IMG/VR virus record: IMGVR_UViG_3300013132_000023 | Location: 1-64,000 of that record | Strand: one strand, 5' to 3' | Length of the DNA stretch: 64,000 bases | DNA from: a virus | Shown: positions 38,419 to 47,161 of the stretch, in pieces | Layout: every line of letters starts with the position of its first letter | How positions within the stretch are numbered: position 1 is the stretch's first letter | Notes under the pieces: generated by a model | Seen by the model: only the letters and a program-made list of their open reading frames with translations | Database searches by the model: none | What the model was told of the DNA's origin: nothing | Made by a program: the position numbers and the translations under genes

Positions 38419-39920
38419 ACGTCTTATCTCAAGTTCCCAATCCGCCGTTAGCAGCCGTTGAAGTTTACTATAATGGCTGCAAGCTAACGCCAGCTCCATT
38501 AATTGATTGGACGATTGAACCGCAGTTTGACGATGCTGGTGTTCGTACCGCTAATCTCAATCGTTTGACTCTTACTGGCACCGTACTTGTAACTCCGTCT
38601 GGTAGTTACGAGCAAATGTTCATTAAGCAAACTGAACTACGTAACGCGTTTTCGGTTGATGATGCTGATTTCGTTATCTTAGCTGGTCCTGGTAACAAGA
38701 CTTTATCGCCGGGTACGATTATTTCGTCTGGTCTAAGACCAAAAGTCACTAGCGTTAGCGTTCCGGCAGATACTCAATTCATACGTATTGACTATAGTGT
38801 TGAACTAGAAGACTTAGTAACCGCTTCTGGTGTTAGTGGTGTTACATCAAGCTTAAGCGACCAATGGTCGTTTAGAGAAAATCCAGATACTTGTACTGTT
38901 CAGGTTACGCACAACATTAGTGCCGAAGGACCGGACGGTGAGTCTGATAAGTTTGAGCAGGCTATGCGTGCAGTTCAAGCACGTATTGGTATTGACAAGC
39001 TGCCACTTGCTATTCCATTCTTTGTACAACCAAATGCTTCTGGTTTGTTTGGCATTACTCATCCGTCAAATCCTGCTGGCGGTCCTATTTTCGAAGTGTC
39101 TGTACAGCGTGAAGAAGTTGCTGACGTATCTAATGGTACGTATCAGGTAACAGAAATCTTTACGATTGTTAGTGGCGTACCATTCTACTATACGTCACGC
39201 ACAGAGTCTTTTGAAGAAGACGTAAATGGTGTTGCAACCGTAACGGTTGCCGGTACCGTTCAAGGACTTGGACGTACGTTGACGCCAAATTATCCGGATG
39301 GTGGTGTTGGCTTTGAAAGAGCCTGCTCTGGATTCATTAATCACGTTAAGCCTAAGTTACGCTGGGAAGCTTCTGGCGTTTACGTTAAGTTCAAGGAGGG
39401 TGGAAATGGAAGCGGTATTGCCGTCTACAATCCTACCTCGTATTCTGTATCACAAAATAAGTGCCGTGGCACTGTCGATTTTTCTATTACTTTTACAGAC
39501 GATCCCGCTGCTAATTTACCAAGTGGTATAGTAAGTAGCAGTTGTAGCGTTTCTATGGTTGAAGGAATTAGATTGTATGCTACTCATGCAATTCCGTTTA
39601 GACGCCTTGGAAACATCATACAAGACATTAAGACTACAACGGAAGGATCTATCTCTATTCAATGTCAAGCAACTTCGAAGAATACTGGCAATCCGACTGT
39701 AGATACAAATCGTGCTATTCAGTATGTTCAAGATGAACTTAATCGTCTTAAGAGCTTACACGCCAATCCGGCCAATTTTGTAACTCTTCGTATTTCGAAC
39801 TTGAATCAACAGTTTAGTGCAACCGATCTTACCAGTCAGGCTACACTTGATTTTGCATTCACTGTTGATCTATCAACGACACCTGATGTGAATTCTAACA
39901 TTGCATTGAGGACAATCTAA
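38415..39920 (+). CDS. tail tip/distal tail structural protein
   Basis: Follows the tape measure gene; beta-rich with repeated tube-like segments. Confidence 0.55.
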   Translation: MNVLSQVPNPPLAAVEVYYNGCKLTPAPLIDWTIEPQFDDAGVRTANLNRLTLTGTVLVTPSGSYEQMFIKQTELRNAFSVDDADFVILAGPGNKTLSPGTIISSGLRPKVTSVSVPADTQFIRIDYSVELEDLVTASGVSGVTSSLSDQWSFRENPDTCTVQVTHNISAEGPDGESDKFEQAMRAVQARIGIDKLPLAIPFFVQPNASGLFGITHPSNPAGGPIFEVSVQREEVADVSNGTYQVTEIFTIVSGVPFYYTSRTESFEEDVNGVATVTVAGTVQGLGRTLTPNYPDGGVGFERACSGFINHVKPKLRWEASGVYVKFKEGGNGSGIAVYNPTSYSVSQNKCRGTVDFSITFTDDPAANLPSGIVSSSCSVSMVEGIRLYATHAIPFRRLGNIIQDIKTTTEGSISIQCQATSKNTGNPTVDTNRAIQYVQDELNRLKSLHANPANFVTLRISNLNQQFSATDLTSQATLDFAFTVDLSTTPDVNSNIALRTI

Positions 39921-40480
39921 TGGTTCAGTTTCCTGATGTTGAATGGATTCAGCAGAGTCTATCGATTAATCCTTCTGGATCAAGGCACTTAAAGCTAGGT
40001 GCTGCTGGATTCTTGCGTGTTTTGGACACGAGTGCTGGTGGTGTTCTGGATTTTGGTCAGTTGAACACTACTGGTTCTGGATCTATCACGTCCACTAAAC
40101 TGGCTTATGCTAGAGTTAATGACTTGGGTGATGCTAGTGGCGTTTTCAACATGCGATTCTTCCTTGTGAATACGTCTGCATGGGGTGCTGGTACCTTCCG
40201 ATTTTTAGAGCGAAAGACATTGCACTTTGTCCCAAGTCTTTCATTGAATTCGTCTGCTAACAATACGCCTACGGTAGTGCCGTCACAAGCGAATTTGTCT
40301 GGTACTATTACTACTCCAGAGTTTCCATTGGGTAAACCTTGGATGAGTGGAATAGCCGACATTGACGTAAGTCAATATGTTTATCTTGCTGTTGAAGCTA
40401 GTAGTGATGTACCTATTGGAACGTATGGCGGGGCTGGTGCTGGTTCATTCCGTTACAGGTTGATTTATGACTTCTCATGA
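39920..40480 (+). CDS. tail-associated beta-sandwich protein A
   Basis: Paralogous to 40651-41298. Confidence 0.55.
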   Translation: MVQFPDVEWIQQSLSINPSGSRHLKLGAAGFLRVLDTSAGGVLDFGQLNTTGSGSITSTKLAYARVNDLGDASGVFNMRFFLVNTSAWGAGTFRFLERKTLHFVPSLSLNSSANNTPTVVPSQANLSGTITTPEFPLGKPWMSGIADIDVSQYVYLAVEASSDVPIGTYGGAGAGSFRYRLIYDFS

Positions 40481-40664
40481 CAAAATCGAACTTCGTAAGG
40501 TAGACGAACCAGAGTTCAATAGTCTGCCACGCGGCGTACGTCTAATTACAGTAGGCGACAAGCTAGTCTTTGCACGCTGTATTGGCAGTCGCTTTATACC
40601 ACTTTCAGATAGCGAACAAGAAAGGCTTCGCGAGAAGCATATTCAATCAAATGGCGGCGGGTGA
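40467..40664 (+). CDS. small hypothetical protein
   Basis: Overlaps both neighbours. Confidence 0.55.
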   Translation: MTSHDKIELRKVDEPEFNSLPRGVRLITVGDKLVFARCIGSRFIPLSDSEQERLREKHIQSNGGG

Positions 40665-41298
40665 TTTTCCTGTAATTCGCGTGTTCGAATGGGATACGAC
40701 AGAGATAGCAAGTCCGGTTGGTAACCGTAACTTGCCGGGTGGTTCGTTTGCCTTCAAGAAAATCGTTGCATCCGGATGTGCCACTGCAAATCCTAATTTT
40801 CCTGGCACCACATCGGGAACGTTATTGTTTGAAAACGTAAGGTTTGATCTTACTAATCCGCCTCTTCCATCACACGTAGCTTCAAGAGTAACCGCTATTA
40901 CGTTTAATTTGGCAGCTAGCGGTACAGCAATTTCAGATCTTAGACTATATCTTGTTACTGATTCTGCTTTTCAAGCAGGACAAGATCAAGGACTAGATAG
41001 GGGTTTTATACAGTATGCTCCTAGTGGTAGTTTGTGGTTACCGAATCTCGTATTGGCGTCTGGGGCAGTTGCTCGCCTACCGTTAACTGTTCCTGTTGCT
41101 CCTAACGTACGTCGCCAAGATGGTGGAAATGCCCTCATTGGACAGGACGATGGTAATTCTTCTGAGTTCATTTACATGAATATCGTTGTTCCTCTAGGAA
41201 CTCCTTTGGGGCCTTTTGGCGTATGTGGTTCTGGTCTTTTAAGACTAGGACTAGTGTTTAACTACTGGTCTAATGCTTTTGTATTAGATCTAGGTTAG
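40651..41298 (+). CDS. tail-associated beta-sandwich protein B
   Basis: Start reassigned to MAAGDFP by alignment with its paralogue. Confidence 0.55.
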   Translation: MAAGDFPVIRVFEWDTTEIASPVGNRNLPGGSFAFKKIVASGCATANPNFPGTTSGTLLFENVRFDLTNPPLPSHVASRVTAITFNLAASGTAISDLRLYLVTDSAFQAGQDQGLDRGFIQYAPSGSLWLPNLVLASGAVARLPLTVPVAPNVRRQDGGNALIGQDDGNSSEFIYMNIVVPLGTPLGPFGVCGSGLLRLGLVFNYWSNAFVLDLG

Positions 41299-41304
41299 TG
41301 TATT
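41296..41304 (+). promoter_or_regulatory. candidate late promoter TAGTGTATT
   Basis: Exact motif; its TAG is the upstream stop. Confidence 0.7.
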
Positions 41305-41362
41305 CTTTTTTTGAGACATCGTGTCTCTTCGGACGTTCGAACTTTTCTTAGGAGGTAATGCT

Positions 41363-41548
41363 ATGGCAACTTTCAATGCAACTAGCAGCACCAACAACGC
41401 AAACCAAGTTCTTTGGAGCTACAGCACACGCCTAGTCTGGCACACAGACCGTGATGTGTCTGGTACCAGCCGTGGTGGCGAAGTTGAAGCTGTACACAAT
41501 CTTGGTGTTGGTGTGGCTACGGGTGATCCTTTCACCAATCTACTGTGA
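41363..41548 (+). CDS. 61-aa monocistronic late protein
   Basis: AGGAGGT RBS, own promoter motif and downstream hairpin. Confidence 0.65.
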   Translation: MATFNATSSTNNANQVLWSYSTRLVWHTDRDVSGTSRGGEVEAVHNLGVGVATGDPFTNLL

Positions 41549-41566
41549 TTTTGGGTAGATGAGCTA

Positions 41567-41612
41567 ACTAAGGTCGGGTGCTTAACATGAGCACCCGACC
41601 TTAGTGTATTTT
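41567..41612 (+). terminator. terminator hairpin overlapping the next promoter motif
   Basis: Perfect 16-bp inverted repeat ACTAAGGTCGGGTGCT / AGCACCCGACCTTAGT followed by GTATTTTT. Confidence 0.75.
41602..41610 (+). promoter_or_regulatory. candidate late promoter TAGTGTATT
   Basis: Exact motif built into the hairpin 3' arm. Confidence 0.7.
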
Positions 41613-41655
41613 TAGACATGAGGCGTAGCGTTCGCTTAGTCTCAGGAGCAAGGAC

Positions 41656-42132
41656 ATGGCAAAAGCTACTTTTGAACATGAAGGCAATTCTGGCCTTCTA
41701 ACGGTCATTACCCATTTTGACCACACGGCATTTATACCCTGCACCAAAAGGGTAGATGAGGCGTTTCGTCTCGGCGGCACTGCTGTAAACTCTGTTGTCG
41801 TCTATGAAGGCTTAACACTCAACCTTCCATGCTTACCGTCATTTGTTCACTTTCGAGCTTTCCGTACACCGGAAGATTACTTTGATTCCGTTGGTGTAAT
41901 TTCTCAAGAAGATTGGTCAGACTCGGATCGTCATTGTTACGTGACTGAATACTATAGCCTTGATATGGAAGGCAAGAAACCGAGCTGGTTTATCAGTCGT
42001 CAGCCAATTCAAAACGCCAATCATTTGTTCATAAATCTAGACGTTGTTGATGGTGGTGGCAATGTTGTGCGTCGTTATCGTGTATCTCCATTTACCGGAG
42101 AATATCGTGTCATGGAGGGCCTAAATGCCTAA
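41656..42132 (+). CDS. hypothetical protein (possible fibre chaperone)
   Basis: AGGAG RBS; precedes the fibre gene. Confidence 0.55.
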   Translation: MAKATFEHEGNSGLLTVITHFDHTAFIPCTKRVDEAFRLGGTAVNSVVVYEGLTLNLPCLPSFVHFRAFRTPEDYFDSVGVISQEDWSDSDRHCYVTEYYSLDMEGKKPSWFISRQPIQNANHLFINLDVVDGGGNVVRRYRVSPFTGEYRVMEGLNA

Positions 42133-45100
42133 TCTCATTACTGATGGTTCTCTTGTTGGTTTTTGGCCACTGAACGAGCCGAGTGGAGCACCAATTTGGC
42201 AAAACTATTCCCCTGCTTTTGGTTTTGCTCCTAGTGGTATTGGGCTAGACTTGACGGTTGCTGTTGCAGACGTAAGCAATCTTGAGGAATTTATGTCAGT
42301 GTGGCCTGGGCGTGCCACCGTGTTTAATCCTGAGTCTGGTGTATTTTACACCGGGTATCAAGTGCAAGGAGCTTGGAAAACTGGTACCGATTCGTCTCCA
42401 TTGAGTCGTTATTTAGTAATGGCTGGTGGATCAAGTCGAGGAGCACAACAAATTTGGCAACCAGCCATTGCTAATAGTGGATTCACTGTTGGTTTTTGGG
42501 TATATCCAAATAGCAATGGTAATTTGTCTTTCTACTCTAACATGTTGGCTTCTACTAATTCAGCTATTGAAGCTTGTAGAGCACACACTCTTGTTGGAGC
42601 ATTTCAGTCGAACACGTCTAACGCTGGTTGGCACATTGGTATTTCCGGTGCTATGGATCGTGCAGCACAGTTCAATTTTGATGCTACTGCTGGTAATCAA
42701 TTACGTGCTTTTGCATTCATTGAAAAGACTGGTACTGCTGCTCCAGCAGATTTGTTAAGTGTACCTATTGAATCTGGAAAGTTTACCCATCTTTCATACA
42801 GCTTCCGATTTATCGATGGCGTTTCGAATCAGATTGTTCTTTATAAAGATGGTCATGTTGCCGTTAGTGGGACAACTTCAGCCAGCCTGACGGCAGCTAA
42901 TACAAATCTTATTACTAATGCTTTAGCACGTTCACTTACTGTTGGTGCTTCGGATGATGGAACTACCGCTACAGACGACTATGAACGTACGAGCGGATGG
43001 AATCATCTTGTTTCTGGTTTGTATTTTTTCAAGCGTGTTCTCAATGAAGGAGAAGTGCTTGAAATGCATCAGCGTGGTGGACTACAACCAGCACTTGAAC
43101 AGACTATTGTACCTTCTCCTACACGCCTTACGTCTAGCTACTTGATTGCGTATTATCCATTCATGGAGCCTGGATATGGCGACGTAAGCTCAACGCACTT
43201 GGCAGCTAATTCAAATTACGACGCCGGTTCTTCTTCTGAGCGTGTTTTTGCCCCTGGTCCACATGGTTTTGGTGGTGTTTTCCACAATGGAACAAACACG
43301 TCTAACTATCATGCTGTACCAAGTGGCGTATGCTTTGAAATGCTAGACGGTGGAAGCTGGACGTTTGGTACATGGTGTAGTCTTAATAACGCCGCTAACC
43401 GTGATGATAACATCTTCTTTTCGTGGGGTTCAGTAACTACCGTTACAAATGCAGCACTTGATCCTGCGTCTGCTGCTTTTACAACTAATACTGGCGGCAT
43501 CGTTGGTACTGTAAGTGGTGTAACAAACCAACAAAGAATTGCTATTGAAGTTTATACTCTTGGAAGCAACCGTAATGCTGCCTCTACTCGCGTGTTTAAT
43601 CTTGATGGATCTTTTGAGTATTACAATCAATCATGCTTTCATATTGCCCTAGCTTATGATAATGAAACAAGAGGACTTTCTGTTTTCCTCAATGGTCATT
43701 TAGCACAAAGCGGAACGTTACCTAATTCACTTACCGATCAGTTGCGTCGAATCACTGGTAGTGGATATCCGTTAATGTTTGGAAACGGAGTTCAAGACGG
43801 TATTTTGGATTCTGTGACACGCGGTTTGCATACTGGTGGAGGTATTGACATTTGGCTTGGTCCTTGTTTCATGGCAAATGGTGCTCTGAACACACAAACA
43901 GTACGCGGCATTGCCTTAAGCGGCATTGTTGATCTGTCTTCTATTTATCGCACACGTCATGATCCTCGTCTTGTTGGATATTGGCCATGTAATACCTATC
44001 TACTTTCTGACGTTTTAGTTCTTGATGAAGCACGCGTATGGAGCCGAGTACCAAGTCACTTGGTGCGTGGCGACTCAAGTCCTACGGATGAGCGTTGGTA
44101 TGACGTGGATTTAAATGATGCTGCTGGTAGCGTGTATCGTAATGACGGTACTGCACGCATTGATCACTTTGGAACGCGTACAAATCCTCCGGAGCTTTCT
44201 AGCTATGGTAACCTTGGGATTACTTCTGGTATTTTTGTTGCTAACGCTGGATCTTTAGGAACAGAAGGAGCAACTAATGCTGGTGAGTCTGAGTCGTCTT
44301 ATGGCAATAATTCTATTCGTCACAAGCCGGTAATAGAAACGAGATCTTCGTCAGCACAGAACATTGCGGGCGAGTATATTGTTGCTTTTGAAGTAACTCC
44401 TAGTGGTCGTATTCCGGCAGTAGACACTGTTCGTACTGCGGCAACTACTGCAATTCATACAAATTGTTTACTGTTTGCTATTGGTAATCAAGCTTCATCT
44501 CCAGGAGCGGGTGACGCTTCGTATCATGGTTTCTTGACTTCACTTAATGCTAATAATCCAGATCCGTTGGGATTTGATGCTGGTCTAGGTGGGTCTGGTG
44601 TGATTATTAAGATCATGGGCAGTGAGGATACAATTACTGCCGCTAATCAGATTCCTTTGGTTTCCGGTAGATTGCCTTTTGGAGTACCAAGCAAAGTGCT
44701 TGTACATACCAAATTTGATAATCCATATTTATTCAATGGTATTACTGCTGGTCAATCTTCGTATACTATTAGTCTATGGATTAATGGTGTTTTGACACAT
44801 AGACGTACTTTACCGCACGTCAATTCGCGTGTGTGGTCCGATGGTGTAGTTGAAGATGCTGCTTCTACTGTACTCGTACAGTTTGGTGGCGTTTTGGCAA
44901 GCGACCTATACACTTCTACTGTAGGGTGGCAAGCTGGTTTAGGCGATATCTTTATGCGTGAAATCTTCCTTATGAAGGGAGTTTTCTTAAAAGACGAAGT
45001 TGCAGCGTTGGCGAATAGCGGCATTCAGTCTCCGTCTATTGCTGGTTTTACAAATCAAATGTCTACTACGCAGGTTACAATTGCTGACGCAGACATTCAG

Positions 45101-47158
45101 GGTTACTGGCGTTTCAATGGTTTTGACGGTAATGGATCTGGTACTACTGATTTAAGTCCAAAAAACAATCATCTATTTCCGGCAGCACAAAGATACAACG
45201 ATACAATTGGTGCAACGCAAGCTGCTAATTACATTCGTTATGCACCGGCTATGTTTAAAGATAGTTCGCTCGGTGTTCAATGTAGCGGTATTTCGTACAA
45301 TTCTTTGCAGGTTACTAATAGTAATCCAAATAGATTGCCAATTTTTATGGCGTCTGGTTCTGTTTTTAACAATCCAAACGACGGCTTTTCAATTGGTTTC
45401 TTTGCAAAGAAAAAAGAAGACGTTGTACTAAGTCGTTTTGATCTTCTTTTGGCATACGGCATTATTCCAACTTCTGTTACAACTACAACAGTTGACAATG
45501 ATTACGGTTGGGTCATTGGACAAGATGACTCAGAAAATATGAAAATGATTATTTCGACAAGTGGCAATATGTACTTGTCGAATACAAACAACGCTGCTAT
45601 GTCTGGTCAAGTAATGTGTGGAATTTTCGGAGAAGGCACTAAGTCTTCTTCGCAAACTTCTTTGATTGCATTTGATCGTATTGGTAGAAGTGAAGTTAAG
45701 TCTCCGCGTCTAGATTCTTGGGCACATTATTGCTGGACTTATGATCCTGCGGATTTCACTGTTCGTTGTTATCTGAATGGCGAGCTTGTAGATTCTGTAC
45801 GAATGAAGCTTGCTGTAAACCCAGCTAATTCTATTCAGATTCCGGCAGATCCTTTCGTGCGTCATATTACGTTCTTGCAGCACGCAACTGATGCATGGAC
45901 ATTTAATACAATTAACATCTATGATTTTACGTCAGTATTGACAGATGTTTTCTATTTTAGTAGATCGCTATCTGAACCAGAGGTTCGTTACATTGCCTTG
46001 AACGGCATTGATGATGCAACGGGTACGGTTGCAAGTGGTGTAATTGGTGGTTTCGTACACGGACAAGATACTGGATCTGGTTTGATCGGTGGTTTGTCTC
46101 GTGGTCAAGACACTGCATCGGGCGTTATTGGTGCTTACATTTCTGCTAGTACGGCAGCGAGTGGCTTGATTGGTGGCTACGTATCTGGTATTGTGTTTGG
46201 TACAGGAACAATTGGTGGTTTCTTGCAAGGCGTTGATACAATGTCTGGCATTGCCGCTGGTTACGTTGTTGGTGTTTACCTGGGATCTGGCATGGTGGCC
46301 GGTTATATTCACGGTCAAAATGTTGGTTCTGGTTTGTTTGGTGGTTTAATTCTTGGTTCACAGGGTGCCATTAATTCTATTGGTGGTTTAATCCAGGCCA
46401 GTGATTTGGGTAGTGGTATTGTTGGTGGCTATATGCTTGGCGGTTTGTTAGGACGTATAGAATTTGATACCAGCTTTACTGTTGAAGTTATGGCAGCACA
46501 AGACTTCGATGCACAAATGGAAATCGCTAAGACTATTGCGTCTGATTTTGACGCTAAACTAGTGATTTTCCAGAACGAAGTACCGCCATTGGTAAGTATT
46601 ATTGTTCCGAATACTACCGTTAGTGGCTTAATGCCTCCGTTCAATCAGTATTTCGTAGGCGTTGCCTCCGGTCAGCGGGGTAAGACAATCACTCAAACTC
46701 GTTGGAACTTCAGCGACTTTACGCCTTCCGTTAGCGTAGCCGTAAGTGGTGCTGGATTCTATCCAATTCAACATCGTTTTGCTGCAAGTGGATTCTACAT
46801 TGTCCGTTTTGAAGCAATTGACTCAGATGGATTGCATGCGTCAGCTACACGTATTGTGAACGCTGCATCTGGTATTAATCCAGTAATCGTAAGCTTGTCT
46901 GGTGTACCTCGTTCTGGTAATGCTGGTTTGACGGTAGACTTTACTACAACTGTTGACATCTTGCCGCCTGGAGTAAGCATTGTTTCTCGTCTTCTGGCAT
47001 TTGATGACGGACAAACGACTACGGCATTTAGTCCAACGCACGTTTACACGGAGCCCGGTACGTATAAACCAATTTGGTGTGTTCGAGATTCGCGTGGTGT
47101 TACGTGGTGTGATAGCTTGGAAGCCGGTAATGATTTCCTCGCAAACGGAGGGGCGTAA
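42125..47158 (+). CDS. large tail fibre/adhesin: four LamG-like domains, Gly-rich repeats, two PKD-like domains
   Basis: Domain starts LVGFWPLNE, LIAYYPFME, LVGYWPCN, IQGYWRFNG; W.H...YD...YLNG motifs; WNFSD...HRF...G.Y.V and FDDGQT...PTHVYTEPGTY. Confidence 0.8.
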   Translation: MPNLITDGSLVGFWPLNEPSGAPIWQNYSPAFGFAPSGIGLDLTVAVADVSNLEEFMSVWPGRATVFNPESGVFYTGYQVQGAWKTGTDSSPLSRYLVMAGGSSRGAQQIWQPAIANSGFTVGFWVYPNSNGNLSFYSNMLASTNSAIEACRAHTLVGAFQSNTSNAGWHIGISGAMDRAAQFNFDATAGNQLRAFAFIEKTGTAAPADLLSVPIESGKFTHLSYSFRFIDGVSNQIVLYKDGHVAVSGTTSASLTAANTNLITNALARSLTVGASDDGTTATDDYERTSGWNHLVSGLYFFKRVLNEGEVLEMHQRGGLQPALEQTIVPSPTRLTSSYLIAYYPFMEPGYGDVSSTHLAANSNYDAGSSSERVFAPGPHGFGGVFHNGTNTSNYHAVPSGVCFEMLDGGSWTFGTWCSLNNAANRDDNIFFSWGSVTTVTNAALDPASAAFTTNTGGIVGTVSGVTNQQRIAIEVYTLGSNRNAASTRVFNLDGSFEYYNQSCFHIALAYDNETRGLSVFLNGHLAQSGTLPNSLTDQLRRITGSGYPLMFGNGVQDGILDSVTRGLHTGGGIDIWLGPCFMANGALNTQTVRGIALSGIVDLSSIYRTRHDPRLVGYWPCNTYLLSDVLVLDEARVWSRVPSHLVRGDSSPTDERWYDVDLNDAAGSVYRNDGTARIDHFGTRTNPPELSSYGNLGITSGIFVANAGSLGTEGATNAGESESSYGNNSIRHKPVIETRSSSAQNIAGEYIVAFEVTPSGRIPAVDTVRTAATTAIHTNCLLFAIGNQASSPGAGDASYHGFLTSLNANNPDPLGFDAGLGGSGVIIKIMGSEDTITAANQIPLVSGRLPFGVPSKVLVHTKFDNPYLFNGITAGQSSYTISLWINGVLTHRRTLPHVNSRVWSDGVVEDAASTVLVQFGGVLASDLYTSTVGWQAGLGDIFMREIFLMKGVFLKDEVAALANSGIQSPSIAGFTNQMSTTQVTIADADIQGYWRFNGFDGNGSGTTDLSPKNNHLFPAAQRYNDTIGATQAANYIRYAPAMFKDSSLGVQCSGISYNSLQVTNSNPNRLPIFMASGSVFNNPNDGFSIGFFAKKKEDVVLSRFDLLLAYGIIPTSVTTTTVDNDYGWVIGQDDSENMKMIISTSGNMYLSNTNNAAMSGQVMCGIFGEGTKSSSQTSLIAFDRIGRSEVKSPRLDSWAHYCWTYDPADFTVRCYLNGELVDSVRMKLAVNPANSIQIPADPFVRHITFLQHATDAWTFNTINIYDFTSVLTDVFYFSRSLSEPEVRYIALNGIDDATGTVASGVIGGFVHGQDTGSGLIGGLSRGQDTASGVIGAYISASTAASGLIGGYVSGIVFGTGTIGGFLQGVDTMSGIAAGYVVGVYLGSGMVAGYIHGQNVGSGLFGGLILGSQGAINSIGGLIQASDLGSGIVGGYMLGGLLGRIEFDTSFTVEVMAAQDFDAQMEIAKTIASDFDAKLVIFQNEVPPLVSIIVPNTTVSGLMPPFNQYFVGVASGQRGKTITQTRWNFSDFTPSVSVAVSGAGFYPIQHRFAASGFYIVRFEAIDSDGLHASATRIVNAASGINPVIVSLSGVPRSGNAGLTVDFTTTVDILPPGVSIVSRLLAFDDGQTTTAFSPTHVYTEPGTYKPIWCVRDSRGVTWCDSLEAGNDFLANGGA
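46034..46444 (+). repeat. ten tandem 14-aa coding repeats (SGxIGGxxxGxxxx)
   Basis: SGVIGGFVHGQDTG / SGLIGGLSRGQDTA / SGVIGAYISASTAA / SGLIGGYVSGIVFG ... Confidence 0.85.
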
Positions 47159-47161
47159 GGT

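Noticed and set aside
42337-42345. TGGTGTATT near-match inside the fibre gene (a similar one lies near 62210 in dnaE)
   Set aside because: Coding context with no downstream gene start; shows that one-mismatch variants are weak evidence alone.
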